Below are positions 38,064-53,019 of a stretch of 64,000 nt of DNA, piece by piece. The translations under genes were made by a program, and so were the position numbers. Source of the DNA: the human T2T-CHM13v2.0 reference genome, Homo sapiens; the NCBI RefSeq assembly GCF_009914755.1, contig NC_060929.1; one strand, 5' to 3'. Position 1 is the stretch's first letter. The number at the start of each line of letters is the position of its first letter. The notes under the pieces were generated by a model. That model did not search any database and had not been told where the DNA came from. It was given only the letters and a program-made list of their open reading frames with translations.

Positions 38064-39779
38064 AAAAATTCTTAAATTCTACATTTGGTTTGCATCTGAG
38101 ACCAGAAAAACCGGCAGTCTTCGCTCTTCTTAGTAAAACTACTGTTTACAGGGTTGCTAAAATTGAGACTCACCACTAGAGTTTTATTTTGTTTTGTTTT
38201 ATTGTTCATTTGTATTTATTTTTTAAACAAAGCATTCTAATTTACCTGGTTAGAAAGGCACAAAGCAAAGTGATTATGTAAATACATGCCCATTGGCAGC
38301 CATTCTGCCTTTCATATCTCCAGCAGAAGACAGATGTGAAAGATGTGAAGTGGGCTTTATTTTCTTTTTTTCTAATCCTTTCTCCATTACTTTTTCTCTC
38401 TTTTTTTTTTTTTTTTTTTAATTTTCACGCAGACCTCCTGGATATTCCAAATCCACCAAACACACTAGAGCCTCAGATCCTCTGTTCTTCCTCTTTCTTT
38501 TCTGGCCAAAATGCCTTTCCTGCAGATACGAGCATTGCTTACTCCCTTGTTCACTCAAATCTCTGCTCAAAGTTCATCTTATCAGTGAAGCTCTACCATT
38601 TAGTAGGTGTACATGGGAAGAAAATAGATGACATCAGTGCATCTAGGTTAGAAAACCAAAGGAATAGTAATAAAAGTGACTAGTGATACTAAATACAACA
38701 AGTTTCCAGGGAAGTAATCTTAGAAATATTAGACAAATTGAATTTGAAGGCAGCCTTGTAGGCAGCAGGAATTCTAGGTGTTGGGCATAGAGAATGGTCA
38801 GGTCCAGAGGTGTAGATTAGGAATCTGTCATATGTGGGTTAAAATCATTCATATGCCAGTATAGAGTGAAGGAGTTATGAGAGCCAAAGATAAACACTTC
38901 AGAACAGAAGCATTCAAGGAGTATAATTTCAAAGAATGGAGAAGAGAAGAGAAAAGGAAGCCAGTCATTTGCACAGAGGAGAATGACTGAAATATTGCAG
39001 ACAAAAATTAAAGAGTATAGCCACACATATGTGAGGAAGGAAAGTTTCAAGAGGAAAGTAACTGTCAATAGTGTCAAATAATGACTGAAAACAGGCCTTT
39101 GGATTTGTAAATTTGTAAAACCTATGAGAGACAGTAAATTTAGTAGGGAAATAGTTGACATCATCTGACAGTGAAGGTGGTAGGATTGACTAAATTGGAA
39201 AGAGTTGCTACATCTAGAGCAGTCTTAGCAGGAGCAAACTTACAGATAAGGTTGAATATTATGAATTTAGAGTGAACTCATACAGGCAAGAAATATAATT
39301 TTGTGCTTCAACATTCAAATGGGGAAAAATAGTGTTTGTGTGTACAAGAATGAAAATTGATGCAAAAAGCTGGTAGAGCAGGAAGGCAATAAAAGTAACG
39401 ATTTATACAAAATTGTTCTTTTTCAGAAAAATTCTGAAAATTTCAGTTTTATTTTGTTCTTTTCAACTAAGTTCCCAGGATTGGGGACAATATAAAGCTC
39501 ATACTTTTTTATAGAGCCTACAGTATTGAGCACTTTGGCAGGTACATATTTAGCATTTAGCATTCTTAATGTTCTAACTTTATAATATGAATGACATTTC
39601 ATTAGAATAAATATGGTTGTATAGCTGAGGTTATCTTTCTCAGTGTTTTAGACTATCTCAGGGTAATTAGATTACTTTCTTGTACTACCAGACTCTAGGT
39701 GGAGTAGTCTATGTAATGAATATATTTTTTAAAATGTCTTCAAGTATTCAAAATTTTAATATGCAACCATGACTATTAA

Positions 39780-40020
39780 TAATAATAATTATTAAAACAA
39801 ATAAAACAACATTACAACAAATGTTGTTTATATTGGTGCTTATATTGTGCCAAGCACTTTTCAAGATTTATTTGTTGTTGTTTTGTTTTGCTTTTTTGGT
39901 CTTAATTTGTATATTCAAAACAACCCTTTGTAATGGAGAAAGCTTAGAAGTGGGTAAACTGAAGCCTAGATTCGGTAACTTATTTATGGTCAACCAGCTA
40001 CCAAGTGACTGAGCGGAAAT
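39780..40020 (-). mobile_element. MIR relic
   Basis: TGTGCCAAGCACTTT...GGGTAAACTGAAGCCTAGA...GGTAACTT. Confidence 0.6.
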
Positions 40021-40469
40021 GGTATATCACATCTCACCTATGAGATGTGTCAAACACACACACCCACCCCCACATTTTGCTACCCCTACTGATAAAGATC
40101 TTGGGTTATTATAATGGATATACCTTTAATTTGGTGAGGAACCCCTTCATTATCTAAAACTGAAAGTTGTTGGACTGATTTTACACATCAGCTAATTAGT
40201 TTCTAACTTAATCTCTTCCTTGTAGCACCTTCTCAAATGCAACTAGCCTTGAAATCCCATCCCTCAACTCTACAAATTCATTGGGTGATTTTTTTCTTCT
40301 CAATTATCATAAGTGACCATTTTACTAAATATTTTTCCACTACCTAATATATGTCACCATTTTTCCATCTTTTGACAACAGTTTCCTCATCAATCTCTTG
40401 GACTCTTATAATAATTTCTTGTCACTTATGCCTGGTTTCAAAACCAATACCATATATTTGAGGGGTTTT

Positions 40470-40920
40470 TTTTGGTAAAATTTTTGCATTATTCAAACAG
40501 TGCCACAAAAATGCTGTTTAACAAGCTAGCCCAAAATTGAATGACATGCTTAATTACTCACATAGTTTGGGATGGCTGTGTGTTCACTGATCCAGACTGC
40601 CAAATCTCCTAGGTTTGGCTGTCAATGTAGGATGGGTCCAAGTTTCTCATTCTGCCTTGATAAACAAGTTAACTAGGACATCTTCTCCTAGTGACAGCAG
40701 AAGAACAAGAAGCCATGCTCTGTAACAGAATTACACTCCAAGCTGATATTGTTTCACGTCTGCTAATAACCCATTGATCAAATAAGTTCATATGGTTATT
40801 CCCAAAGTTTAGTGGGCAGGGAAGTATACTTCACCCATATATAGAACCATGCCAAGTGTGTGGACACATAGCAATACTATAGGAGACAGAAGAATTATGA
40901 CCAATGTTTGATTTTCCATA
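40470..40920 (-). mobile_element. MaLR LTR (MLT1I/J-like)
   Basis: GCCACAAAAATGCTGTTTAACAAGCTAGCCCAAAATT...CCCATTGATCAAATAAGTTCATATGG...GGGCAGGGAAGTATACT. Confidence 0.55.
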
Positions 40921-41145
40921 ATGAGATTTTACCAAAAATACAAAGGTTGTCCAAAGGTTGACAAAGTAGATAAGACAATCAATAACTCTCATGATGTTGA
41001 CTTTCATTTTAAAACATAAATCAATTCTACAGCTCTTGAATATTCAATTTAGAAACTATGAACTATGGAATATAAATTAGCAAAATTTATGTCTAACTGT
41101 TGAATTGAGGAGAGAACATACAGAGAAAACAGTGCTCAATTTTAA

Positions 41146-41571
<426 letters not shown>

Positions 41572-44500
41572 CATAACACACTCTTAATAAGGATATATTA
41601 ACTTGAATTTTACTTAAAGGGGCTTCATATTTTGTTTTGCATTGATTTAAAAAATAAGTCTCATATAGGGACTATTCACTCTTTTCTTTTTAATATAAAC
41701 ATTATATATTTGCATGGTAAATTAAATGCAAACCATACAAAATGTGAAATTCCCCACCCCAAGTTTAACTCCTTAATTATTGCCACTTTTTACAAGCTAC
41801 TGCTTGTTGTACTTTAACACAATGTATTTTTAAGCAATTTTAAAGACTGCAGAGAAAACAAGCATTGTTTTTATGCACTCTTCCTAAACAAGCTCTGCCC
41901 GTCAAAGATACTGAGTTGATGTCAGATAAAATGTCCCTTCATCAAAAGGCTCCTAAAACCTTTCAACCCCTCTCTTTTTCTCTGTGCTTGAGTGGTTACA
42001 GGATTTACCTTCTGCTGCTGGAGGCTATAGTTGGTAACTTACTCCATAGTCAAGATGGAACTTGTGGGTTCTTAAATCCTATGCTTCCAATTAATAACTG
42101 TTCTGTATTAAAGCCAAGATGTTCATTCCACTGAAAAGGTAACAGCTGCTCTTGGTGCGCCGTGTATGTCTAATCCTTTGGTGTACTCCCTGCCTTGTTA
42201 GAATCACACTGCAACTCCCTAGCTGCAGCTCAGAATAAACCCAAATCTGGTCCCATTCTTATTCAGAGACTTTTTCATTCCAATAGCTCCTTCATTCTGG
42301 CTTGCATTCTCTCAGCTACTTACCCTGAAGTTCTGACTACATATTCTTTTATAAAGGATTTTTCTTCTGAGTTTCATTAAGGTTCAGGAAGAACTCAGCT
42401 ATTTTCTGTGTCCTTATATTGATTTTTTCCTTATTTCTTCATAAAGAGCAGTAGAGTTGGAAAAGACTCCAGGAAATCTAGGGAAGGTTGCTGGCCTTCC
42501 TGTCTAACACTTCCTTGACTTTACAACTAAGAAGGGTTGTGTGGAGAGTGGGCACGAGGTTGCTATTTGTCAGTAGGGCCCACATTTTGGAAAGAGAACT
42601 GAGTGTAGAGAAAGAAATACTGAGGACAAACTAGAACTTGCCAGCACCTCTGTGCCTGTTGCAGCCTCTAACCAAACCTTTCAGAGCATCATTTCCTTTG
42701 CACCTTCTCTTTTGTCCATCTCAGACTTGCAAACATACAGGCAAGGAGATTCTCAGAAATGTATTATAGTTTCCAGTGTAATCAAATTAACAGTAGAACA
42801 ACACTTCATCATTAGAATAAACAGAGAAGTTTAGGATAAGCATTCAAAGACATGAGCAAAATAGAAGAGATAATGATAGCAGTTCTGCTGATGGTTGCAA
42901 AAAAAAAAAAAAAAAAAACAGAAAACAAAAGCAGCATGATGGGAAATATTGTTTAGCTTGATGTTTTATATACTCGTAGGAAGAGACCTTATCATAAGAT
43001 GTTACATATACTTCTAGGAAAAGTGATGAACATGACAAAAATGAGAGGAAAAATGCTGGACTTCACCCCATTTTTTTTAGAATGTAAATTAGATATAAGG
43101 ATATTTAATTATTATCTTATTTAGATTACATAACATAGGATGCTATATTCTGTTTTGATACTTAGCTTATCTTAAATGTTTCTAAACAACTTTATGTTAT
43201 TTTTAGTTTTGCTTTTGCTTTCCCTTTTTACTTTGAAATTTTCTGATCTTATCAGGTCTGATTCTTGTGAGTTTGCTTCAAATCTCTACCAGGGCTTTTC
43301 CGAGGTTCTTGAGCACAGGCCCAAGATTTTCATCAGGATATCTTTAGTGCATGTATTGTTGGCTGGCACATAAGGGATATTTAATACTGACTTTATTAAT
43401 AAAATTATAATAAATGCATATCAGCATATTTTAATTTTCTGAGCCTCAATTATTATATGCAATAAGTATCTATAATACATAACACATAATTCTGTAAAAG
43501 TTAGTTGATTATACTGATTAATGACTAAAAATGTGGATAAACATATAGGACATAAGGCAGAACCTGATTTAATTTCCAACAAATTCATTAATTAGGAATT
43601 ATTTACTCTCTCAACAGCAGGAATACCAATGTCATCATAATCTACTCAACCATTTCAAGTTATATAGCAGTGCCTATTTTTTTCCGGAATAAAATAGAAG
43701 TTGTTTTAAAATATGAGAAAATTGAAACATGATAATTCAAATATTAAACTGAGTAAATATTTAAGAAAATAACATATTTGAAGCTTTTGGAAAAAGCTAT
43801 AACATTTAATAAAACCTACAGAGTATCAATAAATCTTGCTTTTTAAAATAATTTACTCCAGGTATGACTGGCTTAGCAAATAGAGTATTTAAATGAGGAT
43901 ATTCTAGTTGCAAGTGAAATTCTAGAGTTTGCAACATCCAAATATTTCAATTTGACAGGTGGAAGAAAATAAATGCTATTTTTACATGCAACATAAATGT
44001 TTTCATACAATCAGATAAGTAACCCTCACAAATCCTTCCTGAAAACTCCAATCAAACTGGAGGGACATAGAAACAATTTCAACTGCTAACATTTGCTGAA
44101 GCTATTGTATTCAGAAAGGTCTAAGAAGTTACAAAGAAAAACATAGGTAATAAATTTCAATCCATTTCAGTTAACAGTTAGAAAAAATCATATAAATTAA
44201 AATTTTAAAACTATTCAAGGAAAAACAATTAAATAGATGGATGCAGTAAAGCATGACTTAAATTTTTTGTGTCCATATGGGTGTTGGGCATGACATATTA
44301 TGATAAAAATCAGATTAGAAGTCAAAGAAATTTTTATTTTAAAAATGAGAAAAATAACTTACATTATGTAATTGCCTTTTCCAGTTTTTGGCCTCCTGCC
44401 TTCTTCCTGCCATGCTCCAGTAAACTGCATTTTAGAAAAGGGCATAGTATTATAGCATTTCACAATATAACAAGATTACATATTTGTAGAATGCTAACCA

Positions 44501-45174
44501 TGGCATACTTCTCAACTATTGCATGTAATGAGTTACATTCTTCTTTGAAATCTTTAGTGTGTATTTTTCCTATTAGCAAGACCACAAACTAAAATCTTGT
44601 GGATAAATATATAGATGATTGGCATTTCTGTAGTGCAAGTAGATGCTACAAGATTAGAACCAGAACAGAAAGCGAATAATAAGAAAGTGTATTTATAAGA
44701 TGCTTGGATAATGTTTGAGAAATTCAGTATTAAATTTTAGTTAGAACAATCTTAGGTTGATGATGTATAATCATTCATTTTAGATGTAAATCTGTTACAT
44801 TAAAATCAAAATTTGACCAGCTATGACAAACTTAGCAAGTAGATTGAATTTGGGAAAATTAGACTGGGATTTAAGCACATTAAATTAAATTGAGTAGGTA
44901 GAAACAATGTTGGAAATGCTGATGAATTGCCTTATTTGTTTAGTAAACATGTTGGAAATCATATTGAGTGTAAGGAAAGACCATGAAAGTATTAGTAAAT
45001 CTTCTTGTGCTTGAGAAAATAATCAATTGATAACTCAGTGACTTCACATTCTTTCAAACTGAAAAGCATACGTTTTAAAAACCAATTTAAAATGGCCACC
45101 AAAGCTTTTAAATAACATTAACTACCTTAATTTTTTTAGGTCGCTGTTTTATTTAAAATTAAAGGTTCTATATG

Positions 45175-45561
45175 TGTGACGGTTAATTTTATGGGTCAAC
45201 TTGGCTAGGCCACGGTACCCATTTGGTCAAACATTATTGTAAATGTTTCTGTGAAGGTATTTTTGGATGAGATTATTAATTAAATTGGTAAGGTTTGCAT
45301 AGAGCAGATTATCCCCCATAATGTGGTGGACCTCATCCAATCAAGTGAAGGTCTTAAGAGGCAAAGAAATGATGATTCTGCTTGCACAGTGTCTTAGGAC
45401 TCAAATAGCCCTCTTCCCTGGGACTGCAGTCTCACAGCCTACCCTGCACATTTTGGACTTGTTAAACCTCCACGATTACATAAGCCAATTCCTAAAAATA
45501 AATCTCCCTTTTTATATGCATCCTGTTGATTTTGTTTTTCTGGAGAACCCTGACCGATACA
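45175..45561 (+). mobile_element. Solo ERVL LTR, MLT2D-like
   Basis: TGTGACGGTTAATTTTATGGGTCAACTTGGCTAGGCCACGGTACCC...GAGAACCCTGACCGATACA; perfect 5-bp TSD ATATG. Confidence 0.88.
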
Positions 45562-45639
45562 ATATGCTGTCAAGATACTACGGTTGTTTTCTGCAAACTT
45601 TGCTTTACCATTGTATTGAAGTCACCTTGAAAAGTTACA

Positions 45640-45890
45640 GGCAGTTTGATAGAAGAAATAAGACCTAGTGTTTAACAGATGAGTAGGATGTATTAGTATT
45701 ATAGCTTACAATAATTGATTATATATATTTAAAAATAGCTAGATGAGAATAAGAAAAGGCAAATATTTAAGGTAACAGCCCAATTATACTGATTTGATCT
45801 TTGCAAATTACATGAATGTATTAAATTATCACATGTACCCTAAAACTATGTACATACATTATGATTCAACAAAAAATAAAACTAAAAAAG
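45640..45890 (+). mobile_element. L1MA-like 3' end fragment
   Basis: GATAGAAGAAATAAGACCTAGTG...AAATTATCACATGTACCCTAAAACTATGTAC followed by A-rich tail. Confidence 0.75.
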
Positions 45891-47479
45891 TCAGAGTCAG
45901 ATTGATGTTATTTTTTACTATGATTGACATTATTGTTTGAAAAAAACAGGGTAGGAGTTTATGTATGAGTAATTTGTGAAAATTTTTCAATTTCATTATG
46001 GAACCATGTTTCTTATATGGGTAAATAGTGACATTTGATAGAGTTGGATTACATGGAGGCAGATAGGAATTATCTATGATAAGAGGATATGGTTTCAGAT
46101 GATTTAATCTTATTTCTAAATCACCACAATGCTGAAACTAAAGTCTTAATCTAAATAGAATTTTAACTATGTGTTGAAGAAATAAATTTGATTGTTTAAC
46201 AGATAGAATTCTTTTATCTTGTAAACTTTACTTAGGTTTAGAAGAAAAATATGATACATTTATTCTTAAATTTTGTCAGGTTTCAAAGCATATTGCTAAT
46301 TTCTTCCAGTTAGAGGAAACTAACAAACATTCTTTTTCAGCATACAGTTCAACCAAGTCAGGGAGATCAAAGTTTTTCTGTGTTTAAGCCACTTCACTGA
46401 ACAAAAACTAAACATTTCACCTGTTTCTGCTTGCCCCTTCACCAAAACTTCACCTGAATAAAGGGATGAATAACAATTGCCTTTGATCATACATCAAAAA
46501 AGGACATCATATGTAAATTAATAATTTCTGTCTAAAACAAAATATTGTAATTTGCATATATAACCCATGGTGACTATTAAATATTCTCTTTTATTAATTT
46601 AGGTGTCCTTGATCTGCTTGATGAATTACCCTGTATATTTTACACATTTGCTACTGAATAACAAAAAAATCAGAATACTTGAAAATGTCCTCAAAAGATA
46701 AATATTTTCATCAGCACATGTTGAGTGCTCCCTATGTGGCTAGCACTAAATGCTGAGTTACTTCATCAAATAAATTCGCCAACTAATTCTATGATGTCAG
46801 ACTATTCTGTATACCACGTAAACATTCCCCTTCAAAGAATCAATGAAACTATCTATCTGGAAAGGTATCCCAGCCATACTTTAGCTCTTTTATTTACTAA
46901 AAATAGTTATTTTATAGCCCATTATGTTTCCAATCACATGCTCAAATCAAAATACTCTTTTATCCTTTTTTCCTTTCACAAAACAAATCATCAAACGCTG
47001 TTATTGCAAAAATGTCATATCATTTTAAACAAGATTAAAATTTTGACATGACTGGCTTGTAGAATATTCGAATAGTACTGTGGCAAATAGCTGTTTCTCT
47101 TGCTTTAGGTTGACTTATAAAGTGGATCCTGTATGGAATTGAGTTTATAGATGGTCTCTATTAAGCTTTTCAAACTAAAGAGTCTAATTCAGGGATTGAA
47201 AACTCTTCATCCTCCCAAATGAACAGCAGGCAAACTTTTCATGATATGAATGATATCATTACGAGGAGATTCAGGAAGAGCTGAACTTACCTTGTCTCGA
47301 GGTTTCTACAAGCACAAAAGGATCACAAATGGCATTTAAATAGTAAAACATCGTTCAGTGCATGCCCCTAAAAATGCGATGACTGGGCCTACTAGTTATC
47401 ATGGTCCAATCACTAAGATCTGACAAATAAGCTCAGGAACTCCTGCTCTTATATAAGGAGGGAGAGGTGTATAGAGAAT

Positions 47480-47616
47480 GCAATAGAGGTGGCTATTTAA
47501 ATTTAATTTATTTAAAATGAAATAAACTCAAAAGTTCAATTTCCCACTCAGACGAGCCGCATTCTAAGTGCTCAGTAACCACACATGGATAGTGGCTACC
47601 CTTTTGAGCAGTGCAG
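47480..47616. mobile_element. MER3-like hAT fragment
   Basis: GTGGCTATTTAAATTTAA...AAGTGCTCAGTAACCACACATGGATAGTGGCTACC...CAGTGCAG. Confidence 0.65.
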
Positions 47617-48924
47617 AATTTATTTCTCTGAACCTAATAAAAATAATAACAACAATTCACATGTGTGTACTACCTGATATTTAAGTGTTGTCATATATTA
47701 CCCAGTTACTACAAAACTGATGAGAAGAGTTTAGAAGTTTTATTTTGCTCTCTCAAACCTCAAGTCCAAGGAAATGAATTCTATGGCCAGTAAAAGGCAA
47801 AATTGAGAAATTAGCTTAAATCATCTGATTCCACATCAGAAATAGTTCCTCCTATTTTAGCATCCCTATAGCTATACACTGTAGAAAAAGGAAAGATATT
47901 CTAACTTTTTTTTGGTAAGCATCAGAGTAGCATCATTATGTAGCTTGAAGATGTTTATTTTGAAAAACACACTTGTTTATATGTATACATCTTTATATCT
48001 AGTAGCTAAATCAGTATTCTTCATTGTCATATCTTGTATGTTGACAGTGCTTAGTTGATACCAATTCTCTTTTAAACCTCATGCCCAATACTTCTTTTCT
48101 TTTGTCCAGGAAAGAAGTGAAAAGCAAAAAATTTATGACACATTTTATCTTACAGTTTGTTCATTGTTTATGCCACAATTACTGTACGTGGGTTAATAAT
48201 GATAATTTCTGAACCTAATAGTTTATGCATTAATATTTTGTCCCTGTCATGTCTTTAATTTTTACAATTAATTGTTTTAATAAAAGAAAGGTTAATTGCA
48301 CTATTCATCAGAATTGCTTGCTGTGAAATGGTAGACAAATAAGAACCTTACAGATAAAGGGCATACTTACTAATCAAGCCTGTCATTTCTTTAGAAAGTA
48401 AACTTGCTGCGACAGCCGAATAGATTTATTTAATTTGCAAAATCTTGGGGTTCAGGAAAGTCTGCTAAACAAATGAAGTTGTAACAAGCTATCAAATTTA
48501 TATTTATACTGGAACATATCCAGAGACACATGCGTTTATCTATGTCTAAGTCTATGTATACGTATGTGCATGTGTACTAAACACACATGTACACAAATTT
48601 ACACTCATTTACTTATTAAACTACAACCTAGAAACCAAGATTTGATCTAAATGCATAAGAAGATACCTTGCCTCTTAAAATTATTAGTGCATGATAAAAT
48701 AAATAATATTATTACATTCTTATTATAATGGATATAAAGCTAGTAAACATTATTTTGTTTCCATTCCACTAGGTATTTGGAATTTTTTAAAAGAATGATG
48801 ACAGTTATGTGCTAGTCAACTCTTCTTTCAACCTTGGAAAAGTACTAGACAAGATCACAATGTAGTACAAATTTTAAACCTCTGAAACAGTTATTCACAA
48901 AATTTGGTCTGGGACCAACTGGCA

Positions 48925-50760
48925 AAAATGTGTATTTAGAAATGATCTTTGGGGGCTAATGCATAAGGCTAGAATAATAATGTGTACAATAAAGTAGGGA
49001 TTGAATTTCCTTTCACAAAACTTGAAGTCCATAAGTAGGTAACACTGGGTAGCTCACTTCTAAGTTTTTGCTCTGCTATCCCTATTATTGGCTTTCACCT
49101 GCAATGCTGCTTCATGCTTACAAGCTGGTTACTGGAACACCAACCTTCTCATTCGTATTTTAGACTCGAGGAAAGGAAAAGAACATAAGGAGTACACATT
49201 CCAGTTGAGTCAACCCCTTTAATGAGTTTCTTTAGAAGGCCATGGAATGACTTACATTTATATTTTGTAGATATATAAAGTATGTGTGTGTGTATATAGA
49301 ATACACACATTCATACTTATGCATATAGATGTGTGTGCATGTATGTGTATGTCTCCATATATATAGAATACACATATCACTCCCCAAAACAGACTTTCCT
49401 AAAGTCTCATTTAGTTGCTACATCTTTCATGAATTCCAGGACATGAGTAGTATAATCTTCTATGTTAAGATTGGATATTGTACCTTGTCGTCTAATAACT
49501 TATAATGTGCGGTACCTAACCAATGAAAATACTGTGGTAGAGAAGAAACACAATAACGAAATAAAAATGTCCTTCTGGAAAATGGAAAACACTAAGCAAT
49601 CAGGGCGCTCAGAAATGATCAAATCCCGATGAACACACTAGTATAGATTACCTGCTCTAGAACAATTTGTTAATCCATCTGTCAGCCTTAGTTCTGCCCT
49701 TGACAAAGATCTTGTCTCTGGATCCTCCGTGCTATGTCTAGGCCTTGGAGAGAAAGGTCTTGCCTGGGGTGGCCCAGCCTTTTCCTCTTGGTGCAGGTTT
49801 AGAGCCAAAGGATTGTTTATTACAGGTTCATATGAACCAGGCTTGAACCATCTTTTTCTTTTTCTCTTTTCTTTTTTTACAATAAATTTCATTCCAAAAA
49901 CATAGTAGATTTTCAGTCTGTTTGCTTCCAGTTAATTCCTTGGTTGAGTAACCACAACTCAAATCTTGTTTTGACATAGTTTTAAGCCTGGCAAGTCTTG
50001 TCTTTTACTTCCTTTTTTATAAGCTCTGCTTTTAATTACCATGATCAGTCTTTTACTTTCTGTTTCCTGAGCATTAGCCATTATTTCAAGAGCTTCACTC
50101 TTAAGCTTCTTGTTTAAACTATTGACCCTGAAAACAGTGGCTTGAGTGGAAAAGCAATAGCTTATTGCTGTCCTTGCAGAAGGCTGGACACCAGCTTTAT
50201 CTCCAGCTAAAGCTGCAGTTTTAAAGCCACTACAATACAACCATTTCAATTTAGACTTCAGAAGCAGTTGGTTTTTCAGTCTGGTAAGGTTCCTATTTAA
50301 AAGTCCATTTAGTCAACATAGATTGCAGGACAAGGGCAGACAGCAGAATTTCCTTCCATTTCTGATTTGCTCTAGTCTGAGTTTATCTCTCCTTTATAGA
50401 ACTTTGCTAAAAGTGGCAAGAAGGGAACCAGTAAATGTCAGCGTAATCCTTGCCATTTAGTTCTGTAGTATAGCTGGCTTCTTTTTTAAAATCATTTATA
50501 GAATAACCACATTTCACAAAGTCAATTTTTGGTTTTCTTTAGAGATAGCACTGTGTAATGCCATTTTGAGTAAAGATTCTTTGCCTGTTAGCATGGGTTT
50601 CATTTTTCTTTTAGAGTCATTAATAGCACAGATGGCCTAATATATAGGAACAGAGAAGCGTGTATTTTGTTCATGCCACAGGAAAAGCTAGTTACATGAC
50701 AAAAGCCATTGCACCAGCCAGCGGTGGTTAAGTTCCTAAATTCTAAGGTGTGATAGTGAC
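48925..50760 (-). mobile_element. Degraded MaLR element (MLT1J-like LTR plus MLT1-internal sequence)
   Basis: MLT1J-like antisense LTR ~48925-49265, then MaLR-internal-like text; boundaries uncertain. Confidence 0.45.
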
Positions 50761-50849
50761 CGTTCTTAATATAAAAGTTTGGTTGATGGGTAGAAGAAGA
50801 GGTTATACTCACCAGTTTATACCATTCATAGACACGATCTTTCCCAGAT

Positions 50850-51700
50850 ATCTGTCATTCACTCAATCACTCAATAGTCACTAAACTTTATTATATGCCA
50901 GGTAAGTTGATTAGACTTTGAAAAAAAAAAAACAAAAATGAAACAAGATTGATATTAATACAATCTTTGCTCTCAGAAACCTTAAAATGTAGCATGATAG
51001 GTAGACAAAAATTCAGTTTGAAAAATAAGTCCATGTTGTTATAAGAGATTTGGGAGAGACAAACAGGATGCTAAGATACTGACAATAAATATTTATTGGA
51101 CATTTCTTCTGTTTCAGACATTGTTTTAAGTGCTTTCCTTTATTAGCTTACTTAGAAGCCTATGAGGATCCTATTACTTACTTACAATCCTATGAGATGT
51201 TACTATTATCTCCATTTTACAAATTATGGAACTGAGGCCCGGAAAGGTTAAATAAGTTGCTCATAACTGCACAATGATTAAAGGCAGAGTAGATGTTAAT
51301 CCTGTTATTTTAACGTAGAGCTATGCTCTTGATCACAACACTACACTCCCTTTCATGAGTCAAAAACCAGGACATTTTTTGGAGAGAAATGTCCATTTTT
51401 TGGAAAGAAAAGTGAAGATGAAACCTAAGCTAAGACCTGGAAGATAAGAAGGACTCAGCAATGATAAGAGCAGGAAAAGATTATTTTAGGCAAATAAAAT
51501 TACATGTAGGAGGATCTCAAGATGGAAATGGGGATAGTGTCCTCAACACAATCAAACAGGCTAGTATGTCTGGGAAAAGTGTGAACAAATGAGGTAAGCA
51601 ATAGAAGGATCACATAGAATTTTAGGCCATGATAGAAATTTAGATTTTATTTCAGATGCAAAGGGAAGTCATTGAGAGTGTTAAAAACCATTTTAAAAAG
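50850..51700 (-). mobile_element. L2 relic with nested MIR (~51080-51340)
   Basis: CATTCACTCAATCACTCAAT...TATATGCCAGG; MIR core TATTATCTCCATTTTACAAATTATGGAACTGAGGCCCGGAAAGGTTAAATAAGTTGC. Confidence 0.65.
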
Positions 51701-53019
51701 AAATCTGCCAAACATTGCTGTCCTTTCCAAGGGGCTTTGTAGTTTTTGGAATACTGTAGCAGAATAGTTAAAAATGAGATGGGCTCTTAAAATATGGCAT
51801 CTGGTCATTCTATTCTTAACAGAAAAATCAAATCAACATGATTTTAAGTATTTTCAGGAAAAGCCACTTTAGGTTGAAATATTTTCATTCATACGCATCC
51901 TTCTTTTGTCTTGCGGCTTATCGGTGGAATACATAGCCACAGATAGTTCTTGTTTCTTCAATCAGAGAGAAAGAAATCAACAGATGGAAGATCAAAGGAG
52001 CAGCTGAGCAGATAATCTGGAAGAAATATTCAGCAGTTTATAGGTGGATGAATGAAATTTTGAGGGACTAGGATAGAAAGATACTCGATAAAAATGACTC
52101 GTAGTTTCTATCTTATAGATATTGAGATATTCCTTGATCTTTCATGATAGAAATAGTACAATGAGAAGGTGACTGAGCTTTCTATAGATATACATAAGGA
52201 TTGCTTTTTACAAGTATCTAGTGTAGTACCTTCTCATGAAAGAGTGCAAGTTTCTTAAAGTATATTGCAAGTAAGAAAAAAAAAAACTTAACTAAACAAA
52301 GAAATGTTTAATATAAAACATTATTCCCCCAGAACTAAACATGTGGCTTTAATGCTTGGGAGCTTATTAGAAAATGTGACCATTCACCTACTTACAAATA
52401 TAGTGAGTAGGGTTCTCTCCAAATGACATACAACTAGAGCTTTTAAATGGAAGACACGGTTTAAGAGAAAAAGTCTGCTTAGAATATTGAATCTAGATCT
52501 CACTAATCTCTTTCCGTGTATTGTATTTCATCCCTCTTCTTTCATTCAATGTTATTTTGTGTTATTTTGGGTACATATATATGCTAGTGTCCTTTGAAAT
52601 TAGAAATTGTTTTATTTACCTTTCTTCTAGCATGCTGCTTACTTAGAGGACGGAGCACATACTGAATACTTTTTATGTAAATAGCACAATTGTTTACAAT
52701 ACAAGACAGATAAAACATTATGAACACATTTTAGGCACTTCCAGATCTAAAGTTCCTTACCTCTGTAGGAATATTCTCTCTTACTTATTGTTTTAATGTA
52801 CATGAAAATAAATCAGAGCTTTTGGAAGTAATGTTCATTAAGTAACTTGCCATTTCCTACTTTCACCCTTTCCTCCAAGATCTGTTTTGGTCAAGAGATT
52901 TTTAAGCATTTCTTTTTTGAAACTTTTAAACATATATTTATTAATGTTCATAACACTATATTCTATTTATTTATGTCCATGTTTAAACTTTAGCTATTTT
53001 GAAAAGTAAACTTCCATAA

